Source of the DNA: Candidatus Cloacimonadales bacterium
Lineage (GTDB): Bacteria; Cloacimonadota; Cloacimonadia; Cloacimonadales; JAIOQZ01
Assembly: GCA_963674825.1 (NCBI GenBank)
Contig: OY771587.1
Location: 3,543,812 to 3,607,811, forward strand
Length of the DNA: 64,000 nucleotides
Reading direction: 5' to 3'
Position 1 is the first letter of the stretch. Each line of letters starts with the position of its first letter. The position numbers and the translations under genes were made by a program. The notes below the pieces were generated by a model that searched no databases, had not been told where the DNA came from, and was given only the letters and a program-made list of their open reading frames with translations. Below are positions 9,496 through 19,543 of the stretch, piece after piece.

Positions 9496-11847
9496 ATGGC
9501 GAAGGTAGATATGCATGTTCACAGTAAGTATTCCGAACATCCTTCGGAATGGTTTCTACAGCGGCTCGGAGCTGCGGAGTCATACACGGATCCGCAAGTT
9601 CTTTATCAGAATATGAAGAAACGCGGAATGGATTATATAACCGTTACAGACCACAACCGCATCGACGGTGCCTTGCTCTTGAAAGAAGCCTATCCAAACG
9701 AAGTAATCGTCGGCATTGAAGCTACTACCTATTTTCCGGAAGACGGCTGTAAAATTCACGTCCTTATTTACGGGCTTAACCAGGAGCATTTCGAGAATAT
9801 CCAGATACAACGTGTGAATATCTACAAGCTTCAGAAATATCTGGTTGAAGAAAATCTTGTTCACGCTGTGGCGCATCCCACCTACAACATCAACGGCAAG
9901 CTGACAGTGGAGCACCTCGAAAAGCTCATATTGCTTTTCAATGTGTTCGAAGGGATCAACGGTGGTCGAAATGAATTGCATAACGACGCCTGGATGAACA
10001 CCGTTCGTCACCTTACACCGTCGCATATCGAAAAGCTCTCCGAGAAGCACAATATCCAGGCCACAGGAGATAAACCATGGATCAAGGGCCTTATCGCAGG
10101 CTCTGACGACCACGCAGCCCTCTTTATGGGACAGACTTTCACCACCGCGACCGCGAAAAAACCTGAAGAATTTCTCGATGAGGTCAGAAACCGGCGTTCG
10201 CAGGCTAATGGACGCAGCAACAACTTCCAGGCGTTCATCTTCACCCTCTACAAGATCGCCTGGGAATTCTATCGCTCCCGCAGTGGGGAACTCTCTCGCA
10301 GCTTGATCGACCGTATTGGCGCAAGTCTGTTCGAAAATCGTTCGCTAGGTATCCTGGAACGTTGGAAATTGCGTCGCATCAAAACGGAAGTATACACATC
10401 GAACATCGAGTTCCAAAATAAGCTCCATGACATGGTAGAGTTGCTCAATAACCCAAAATCGGAAGACATCGAAGAAAAGCTTCACCTTCTTTACAACAAG
10501 CTTGCCGACATCGTAGATTCTTTCTTCTCTATCCTCTTCTATTCGTTCGAAAAAGATGTACGAAATGGTAACCTGCTCAAGATCGTTCGGAATATCTCAT
10601 CTGCGATACCAGGCGTTTTTATGACATTACCGTTCTTCAGCAGCATCTGGCATCTCTACAAAGGACGTGACATGCTGATCGATTTGCAATCACGCTTCGA
10701 TTGCACGCCTTACACATCCGGCAAGCGCATTCTGTGGTTCACCGATACACTCGACGACCTCAACGGCGTCGCCATGACACTCAACAAGGTGTTGGAAATC
10801 TCGCGCAAAAAAAACTACCCTGTTACGGTTGTCAGTTCGCAGGTGAGTCGTGATGACGAGGATCATTACATTAACCTGCCGCAGGTTTATAGCTTCGATC
10901 TGCCCTATTACGAGTCCTACCACATCTGCATTCCGTCATTCTTAAGGGCAATCGACCTTATTTACAATTACCGCCCGGACAAGATCATTATCAGCACGCC
11001 GGGGCCAGTCGGGTTGATCGGGTTTGCTGTCGCCAAGATGATGCAAGTTGAGTGCGTGGGCGTCTATCACACCGATTTCACCGCGCAGGTCTCTGCGATC
11101 CAGGAAGACGAAGGCTTGGGCGGATTGATCGAGGAACTGTCGCACAGATTCTATCAGATGATGGACGAAGTGCGCGTTCCCACCAATGCATATATCAACC
11201 TCCTTTCCGAGCGTGGAATCGAGCGAAACAAGATGAAATTTTTCCCGCGCGGACTGGAGACAGAGCTTTTCTCGCCGCGCAAACACTCGCGAACCTGGCT
11301 CCAGCACGAATACAAGCTCCAGGAAGGCTTTTACATGCTCTACACGGGACGTATCTCGCGTGATAAAGACCTCGACGTGATTCTCTACACCTTCCATGTC
11401 CTTGAAAAGAAATACCCCAATATTTACCTCCTGATGGCTGGCGAAGGGCCGCACCGCAAGGAGTTCATGTCGCACTACAACAGCGATCGCATCGTATGGC
11501 TGGGACGCATGAACCGCGAGACGCTCCCCGACTTCTACTCAGGCTGCGACCTCATGCTCTTCCCAAGCACCACCGATACCTTCGGGATGTCTGTCCTTGA
11601 AGCACAGTCTTGCGGACTTCCTGCGCTGGTAAGCAGCCAGGGAGGTCCCAGGGAGATTATAATCGATGGCGAAAGCGGTTATGTGATGCCAGATACCTTC
11701 CCTGAAACGTGGAAAGCGAAAATTGAAGAGCTGATTAACATGAAAAAAGGAACCCCGGAACAACTGGATGACATGCGTAAAGTATCCCGTGAGAACGCAA
11801 TCAATAAAGCAAGTTGGGAACGCTTTTTCGAAAGCTTTGTGGAGTAA
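9496..11847 (+). CDS. Fusion protein: N-terminal PHP-type metal-dependent phosphoesterase domain plus C-terminal GT1 (GT4-type) glycosyltransferase
   Basis: N-terminus has VDMHVHSKYSEHPSEW...TVTDHNRIDG...AHPTY (PHP His/Asp ladder). C-terminus has RILWFTDTLDDLNGVA... and FPSTTDTFGMSVLEAQSCGLPALVSSQGGPREII (E-x7-E). Confidence 0.8.
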   Translation: MAKVDMHVHSKYSEHPSEWFLQRLGAAESYTDPQVLYQNMKKRGMDYITVTDHNRIDGALLLKEAYPNEVIVGIEATTYFPEDGCKIHVLIYGLNQEHFENIQIQRVNIYKLQKYLVEENLVHAVAHPTYNINGKLTVEHLEKLILLFNVFEGINGGRNELHNDAWMNTVRHLTPSHIEKLSEKHNIQATGDKPWIKGLIAGSDDHAALFMGQTFTTATAKKPEEFLDEVRNRRSQANGRSNNFQAFIFTLYKIAWEFYRSRSGELSRSLIDRIGASLFENRSLGILERWKLRRIKTEVYTSNIEFQNKLHDMVELLNNPKSEDIEEKLHLLYNKLADIVDSFFSILFYSFEKDVRNGNLLKIVRNISSAIPGVFMTLPFFSSIWHLYKGRDMLIDLQSRFDCTPYTSGKRILWFTDTLDDLNGVAMTLNKVLEISRKKNYPVTVVSSQVSRDDEDHYINLPQVYSFDLPYYESYHICIPSFLRAIDLIYNYRPDKIIISTPGPVGLIGFAVAKMMQVECVGVYHTDFTAQVSAIQEDEGLGGLIEELSHRFYQMMDEVRVPTNAYINLLSERGIERNKMKFFPRGLETELFSPRKHSRTWLQHEYKLQEGFYMLYTGRISRDKDLDVILYTFHVLEKKYPNIYLLMAGEGPHRKEFMSHYNSDRIVWLGRMNRETLPDFYSGCDLMLFPSTTDTFGMSVLEAQSCGLPALVSSQGGPREIIIDGESGYVMPDTFPETWKAKIEELINMKKGTPEQLDDMRKVSRENAINKASWERFFESFVE

Positions 11848-11896
11848 TTCAAACCTAAAATACTGCTGATGGGCAGGAACAGAGACCTTATTCAGT

Positions 11897-11933
11897 GTCA
11901 TGCTGCGTTGTGAGTTCTGCGAAGCAGCATGAC
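11897..11933 (+). other. Perfect 10-bp stem hairpin (GTCATGCTGC-N17-GCAGCATGAC) 50 nt after the PHP-GT1 stop; possible terminator without a T-tract
   Basis: Inverted repeat read directly. It is followed by ATCAACATC rather than a U-run. Confidence 0.35.
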
Positions 11934-12604
11934 ATCAACATCGGCAAGGTTCCACTTATGCAGGACGCATATCTGTCCAAACAACCGGAGCCAAATCTAC
12001 TAAACCAACTAATGCGCCCTTTACACCCGGTATGGATCTACTCATGCTTTCTTTCAGGATCAATGATATGTCTGATCATCGGGTACTTATCAGTGGGAGG
12101 AGACCCTTTTCCCTTGTCAGTCTTTATGTACAATTTGTACCATGATTTGCTTTCTATTATTGTGCTGTAGATTTTATCTGTAAAAATTTCATCACTTTTT
12201 GTATTTGTGTTGACTTGACAGCTCTCTCATACAGGAAGAGCTTCACGAGACATGGCTATGCGATGTTTGCTCTGCATTTGCTGCTCATAATAATCTGCTG
12301 GTATTACCGTGCAAAGAAGTGTACTGCCGGAAAACAAGCATACTGGAAGAATTGCTATCGTGACAATCGGTATTTTGCTGGTATTTTTCATTGTATCCTC
12401 CATATCTTGAAGTAGATGTAATGCTCATTTAGTATGCTTCTACTCCGCAAGGCATCCTCCCTGCAATTGAAATCCATTTGTGCAGAATATTAATGTTCTT
12501 TCAAGGTGTGTCAAGATCGTAATCAGATTTCGCCCAGGTCCAATTTCCCTTGACACCTCGGGCCTTCATAAAAAACATTAGAAAAAAATACCCTTGGAGG
12601 ATCC

Positions 12605-13903
12605 ATGAACACTTTGTTTCGCATCATCGCGGTTATGGCGGCACTGAGTCTGCTGTTCGCTTGTTCCAATACATCCACCAACTTCGATCAGGACAACGAC
12701 AATAACGGTCGGGTCGTCGGAAGCATTCACGGAGTTGTCTCGGATACCAATACCGGCGCAAGACTCAAAGACATCACCATCACCTACGCCGTGAAAGGCA
12801 AGATTTACACCACCAAGACCAACGACCTCGGCTATTACGCCGTCAATAGTCTCCCGTCGGGCTCCTATGAGCTTACCTTCTCAGGAAACAGTGCTTATGC
12901 AATCAGCAGATCGTTCATCGTTATCCCGGATCTCGAAGACATCGGCATCTCGGATATCCCCACCAACGACGATTTCGAATACTCCGTAACGCAGGATCGC
13001 GGCCTTTATACGCTGGATGCTACCGTTAACGGCACAATCATGGCGTTTGTTAACGGCCAGGAGATTTCAGACCTTACCGGTATACGCGTGATTGCCGACT
13101 ACGGAATATACAGCTTCGCTCCGGACATCTACACCACCTACACGGATAGCGACGGTGTGTTTGCCTTTGCAGGCCTTCCGTCCACCGGCGAATTTTCGCT
13201 GCAGATCGATTCCTGGACTGATGGAACCCATACATTCGCTGCGCAGGATATTACCGTATATCCGGTTGTTTCAGGCGTTCTCAACCTCGAACCCATCTAT
13301 CTGGATGTGGTCGCGGAAGAGGTTAACGTTGTCTCCAGCAACCTGTATGAATTCCCTATCACCGGCACCATCGAGATTACCTTCAATCAGTCGATTGCCC
13401 CGGATTACTTCGATGTTGAACTGGTAAACCAATCTGGCGGAATCGTAGATATCAGCTCTATCGAATGGACCTCTTCGACCCACGTGACTATCGATCCTGA
13501 CGAAGCGCTGCTTCTCGACCATACTTACGATCTCAACATCGATGGCATGACCGTCAACGCGAACGATTTCGTGTGGAATACTCAGTTCATTACACAGCCG
13601 GGAATCATGATCGAAAGTACCAACATGGAGCTCTACGATGGTTATTACCAGATCACACCGAACAAAAGTATCGTGATTAACTTCACAGAGCAGGTGCTTC
13701 TCGGCTCGGCAAACAATGTGCTGGATATCACCGATTACCCCAACCCGATTATGAGCTGGTCGAACAACAACAAGACTCTGACCGTCACGCCACCGGACGA
13801 TGGATATCAGACGAGTACCATCACTGTCGATATGGAATTCTTCTCGGTACTGGCTCCGTATGACTCGGTCGCCATGATCTACATGGTAGACATCGCCGAA
13901 TAA
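12605..13903 (+). CDS. Lipoprotein with carboxypeptidase-regulatory-like domain and Ig-like (SbsA/Big_5-type) repeats
   Basis: Lipobox LLFAC-S. GSIHGVVSDTNTGARLKDITITY...TNDLGYYAVNSLPSGSYELTFS fits the CarboxypepD_reg pattern. RBS GGAGGATCC precedes the ATG. Confidence 0.7.
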   Translation: MNTLFRIIAVMAALSLLFACSNTSTNFDQDNDNNGRVVGSIHGVVSDTNTGARLKDITITYAVKGKIYTTKTNDLGYYAVNSLPSGSYELTFSGNSAYAISRSFIVIPDLEDIGISDIPTNDDFEYSVTQDRGLYTLDATVNGTIMAFVNGQEISDLTGIRVIADYGIYSFAPDIYTTYTDSDGVFAFAGLPSTGEFSLQIDSWTDGTHTFAAQDITVYPVVSGVLNLEPIYLDVVAEEVNVVSSNLYEFPITGTIEITFNQSIAPDYFDVELVNQSGGIVDISSIEWTSSTHVTIDPDEALLLDHTYDLNIDGMTVNANDFVWNTQFITQPGIMIESTNMELYDGYYQITPNKSIVINFTEQVLLGSANNVLDITDYPNPIMSWSNNNKTLTVTPPDDGYQTSTITVDMEFFSVLAPYDSVAMIYMVDIAE

Positions 13904-13917
13904 AAGCCCTTTTCACT

Positions 13918-13945
13918 AAACCGCTCCTCACCCGGGGAGCGGTTT
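13918..13945 (+). terminator. Rho-independent terminator
   Basis: AAACCGCTCC-TCACCCGG-GGAGCGGTTT followed by TCTATT, 15 nt after the stop at 13903. Confidence 0.8.
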
Positions 13946-13972
13946 TCTATTACTCCGGTTATTATCTTTTCA

Positions 13973-14002
13973 TTGACAAATCGAAAGCGATTCCAATAAA
14001 AT
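13973..14002 (+). promoter_or_regulatory. Sigma70-like promoter candidate
   Basis: TTGACA-N18-TAAAAT, 30 nt upstream of the ATG at 14032. Confidence 0.45.
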
Positions 14003-14031
14003 CCAATCCATGAAGTAATCTGGAGGAATGC

Positions 14032-14541
14032 ATGAAGAGGCACAAAGCCATCCTGTTTCTTATCGTATTGGGAACGTTGATATTCGGTTCACTCAACGCC
14101 ATAAACAAAATCGAGAAGGTGTCTGTTACCGAAAATTATTTCGCGGTTCAGGAGGACGATGTTGTCTCAATCTACAGCATGAATTGCCAGATTCTTGGAT
14201 CGAAGGACTTCTTCCTTGTCGAGCAGTTCTGGTATGAAAAATACTACATTGTGACTCTCAAGGATCACCAGCTCATTTTTTACAACACACAGCTCAGCGA
14301 ACTGGGTAAGCTCGATGTCTTCAACGCTGATGAATACTGGTTTCGTGACCAGTATATCGTGATTAAAACCGGCGATAATCTAACTACGTACGACCTGAAC
14401 CTCAATCGGCTCGGGTCGCGAAGCGCGTTTTTCGCCGATAACATCTACATGTATCCGGATCGCATCGTGATGCAGACCGCCGACCGCTATACCGTTTACG
14501 ACCTGACATTCAGGGAAATCTGCTCCAAAGAATTCTTCTGA
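14032..14541 (+). CDS. Secreted hypothetical protein with internal ~38-aa beta-rich repeats
   Basis: Signal peptide MKRHKAILFLIVLGTLIFGSLNA. Recurring Y-x-V/I...Y(D/N)x-x-x-x-LG pattern. RBS GGAGGAATGC precedes the ATG. Confidence 0.6.
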   Translation: MKRHKAILFLIVLGTLIFGSLNAINKIEKVSVTENYFAVQEDDVVSIYSMNCQILGSKDFFLVEQFWYEKYYIVTLKDHQLIFYNTQLSELGKLDVFNADEYWFRDQYIVIKTGDNLTTYDLNLNRLGSRSAFFADNIYMYPDRIVMQTADRYTVYDLTFREICSKEFF

Positions 14542-14557
14542 TCGCAAGGAGGCGAGA

Positions 14558-14875
14558 ATGCCTGGGGAACTTACTACTATTGAGCAAAAGATGGTCAAGA
14601 AGATCTATAATGGTAAGAAGCTGAGATCCATCTATCTGATCATTTCTGCTTGTTCAATGATTGCAGGTATTTACTTTATCATACGTGCAGTTAGAATTCT
14701 CTATTTTGGCGTGGAAACAACAATGTCTTACGAAACCGTTCGATATTCATTTTCATTGGCCATTTTTTTAGTTGTGATCGCATTTACACTTTATGAACGT
14801 GCTCAAGAGCTCTTTGTTATGTCATCAATCCTAAAAAAACTAATACCATCTGAAGAGGAGAAAGACAAACCTTGA
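14558..14875 (+). CDS. Small membrane protein (2 TM helices)
   Basis: RBS AGGAGG precedes the ATG. There are two hydrophobic segments. The stop overlaps the next start. Confidence 0.55.
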   Translation: MPGELTTIEQKMVKKIYNGKKLRSIYLIISACSMIAGIYFIIRAVRILYFGVETTMSYETVRYSFSLAIFLVVIAFTLYERAQELFVMSSILKKLIPSEEEKDKP

Positions 14876-15477
14876 CCCGTCTTCGTAATTTCATCATCAA
14901 TTCATTCATTGGCGGTATCCTTGTACTGCTGCCGCTGGTTGTAACCGGATCGATCATTGTGTGGATCATCATCCGGCTCGTACATATCATCCGGCCGATC
15001 GTTGGAATCCTTGGCACCGATTCGAGGCTCGAGATCGCGCTGGCCTACCTCATCGTCATTGCAGGATTTCTTTTAATCTGCTTCATGATCGGCGCAACAG
15101 TGAGAACTCGTTCCGGTACACGTTTGCATACGTTTCTGGAAAAACACCTTTTCAATCGCTTTCCCGGCTACAAGCTGATAACCGAGACGATCAAGCTGCT
15201 TTTCGGCGACCGCAAGTTCCTCTTCTCTCGCGTCGCGCTCATCCAGCTCTACGAAAACAGTACGTATGTAACAGGTTACATTACCGACGAACACCCGAGC
15301 GGTCTTGTAACCGTATTCGTACCTACAGGCCCCAACCCCACTTCCGGCATGATCTATCACGTACAGAAACAGTATGTTCACCCGATTGAATCCAAATCTG
15401 AAGAAACGATCAAAACGATCCTCAGTTGTGGTGCCGGCTCGAGCAAGTTGATCGATAAACTGAACCAACCTGAGTAA
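14872..15477 (+). CDS. DUF502-family membrane protein
   Basis: N-terminal FIGGILVLLPLVVTGSIIVWII pattern and ~200-aa size are typical of DUF502. TTG start overlaps the previous stop. Confidence 0.65.
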   Translation: MTRLRNFIINSFIGGILVLLPLVVTGSIIVWIIIRLVHIIRPIVGILGTDSRLEIALAYLIVIAGFLLICFMIGATVRTRSGTRLHTFLEKHLFNRFPGYKLITETIKLLFGDRKFLFSRVALIQLYENSTYVTGYITDEHPSGLVTVFVPTGPNPTSGMIYHVQKQYVHPIESKSEETIKTILSCGAGSSKLIDKLNQPE

Positions 15478-15553
15478 CGCAAGACTGCATGCTGTGCAAG
15501 CAGTTCGATCTCGAAGATACTCATTGCGCTTCGTCTGAAAGAAAGGAGATACC

Positions 15554-16741
15554 ATGAAATATTTTGCATTTCTTGTAGCGGCATTCATGACATTGTGCCT
15601 GAATGCGTCGGATCTTACACAATGGGCGGACAGCACCAACGCTTTTTCCGCAGGATTATACCGGCAGATCAGCGAACCGGGTAAGAACCTGATTTATTCA
15701 CCCTACAGCATCTCGTCAGCGCTCTCCATGACTTCCCTGGGTGCGCTGGGCGAAACCCGGGATGAAATGCAGAAGGTGCTTCATTCGGGCAGCGAGAGCT
15801 ACAATCAGTCTTTCGGAACCGTATTCAAGACGCTGGAGTCGGTCGGAAAATTCGGCAACGTATCGCTCAATATCGCCAATTCAATCTGGGTGGAGAAAGA
15901 ATACCGGCTGCGTCAGCGTTTCATCGACGCCAATCGCAAATATTATAACGCAGGACTATACTCGGTTGAGTTCAGCAAGAACCCCGAGAAGGCACGCAAA
16001 AAAATTAATGGCTGGATCGAAGAGCAGACCAACGACAAGATCAGGGATATGCTGGCGGAGAACGACCTCAGCCCGGTTACAAGACTTGTTCTGGCAAACG
16101 CCGTGTACTTCTACGGTCACTGGCTGCATGGGTTCGATCCCAATAAGACGGCAGACCAGAGCTTCTTCCCCACCGCCACCGATGAAATCTCAGCCCCGTT
16201 CATGCACATCAAAGAGCGCTTCCGCACACGCAGCGATAACATGATGACCGCGCTCGAAATTCAATATCTGGGTGAAGACGTCTCCATGATTATCGTGCTG
16301 CCCAGGGAAAAAGACGGCCTCGCAAAGCTCGAAGAACGCATCGACTACCTGCGCGAATGGCTTCCCGTGAAAGATGTTGATCTCCGCCGCGAGATGAATG
16401 TCTATGTTCCGCGTTTCAAGTTCGAGGCATCGTTCAACCTGCGTGACGCGCTTATGGCGATGGGTATGGAGAAGGCGTTCACGGATCAGGCGGATTTCCG
16501 TGAGATCGAGCCCAACGGCGAGCTGTTCATCTCCCGGGTGAAGCACAAGGCATTCATTGAAGTGAACGAAGCCGGCACCGAAGCTGCAGCGGCGACGGTG
16601 GTAGAGATGCGACTCAAATCGGCTGCCGTACCGGAACAGACACCTGAATTCAGAGCCGATCACCCGTTTCTGTTTGTTATCAGACACAATTTCACAGGCG
16701 CGATCCTGTTTGTGGGTAAGGTAGAGAATCCTCTGCAATAA
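15554..16741 (+). CDS. Secreted serpin-family protease inhibitor
   Basis: Signal peptide, serpin core (NLIYSPYSISSALSM), hinge EAGTEAAAATVV and C-terminal FRADHPFLFVIRH...ILFVGKVENP. Confidence 0.92.
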   Translation: MKYFAFLVAAFMTLCLNASDLTQWADSTNAFSAGLYRQISEPGKNLIYSPYSISSALSMTSLGALGETRDEMQKVLHSGSESYNQSFGTVFKTLESVGKFGNVSLNIANSIWVEKEYRLRQRFIDANRKYYNAGLYSVEFSKNPEKARKKINGWIEEQTNDKIRDMLAENDLSPVTRLVLANAVYFYGHWLHGFDPNKTADQSFFPTATDEISAPFMHIKERFRTRSDNMMTALEIQYLGEDVSMIIVLPREKDGLAKLEERIDYLREWLPVKDVDLRREMNVYVPRFKFEASFNLRDALMAMGMEKAFTDQADFREIEPNGELFISRVKHKAFIEVNEAGTEAAAATVVEMRLKSAAVPEQTPEFRADHPFLFVIRHNFTGAILFVGKVENPLQ

Positions 16742-16769
16742 ATTGCGAGCCATCCATGTTTTGCTGTAG

Positions 16770-16791
16770 GGGCAGGTCCCTGTGCCTGCCC
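16770..16791 (+). terminator. GC-rich hairpin after the serpin gene (weak T-tract)
   Basis: GGGCAGG-TCCCTGTG-CCTGCCC followed by TCTTGAAG. Confidence 0.4.
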
Positions 16792-16827
16792 TCTTGAAGA
16801 GCCAAGAGAGAAAAAATCGGAAGTTGA

Positions 16828-19352
<2,525 letters not shown>

Positions 19353-19404
19353 CAAAGAAACAGCAGAAGAATGGGCAATCACAGTGGATTGTCCCTAAAG
19401 GAAT

Positions 19405-19538
19405 TTCGTTTTCACTTCGTGAAAGCCGATGTTCCACTAACATGACTTTTTTTCGCGGAATCCAGCGATCCACTCTCGCTATTTCGCTTGGCGAAAGGCT
19501 TTCGTTCGAAGTTTTCGTTTTCACTTCGTGAAAGCCGA
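19405..19538. repeat. Two copies of a 25-nt direct repeat TTCGTTTTCACTTCGTGAAAGCCGA (19405-19429 and 19514-19538), each with a small TTTCAC/GTGAAA hairpin
   Basis: Identical 25-mers read directly in the 191-nt convergent intergenic region. Confidence 0.8.
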
Positions 19539-19543
19539 AAATA

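Noticed and set aside
11895-12415. Two ORFs of 91 and 66 aa in the long intergenic region
   Set aside because: They have no RBS, no homology I recognise, odd composition and no overlap with any conserved-looking feature.
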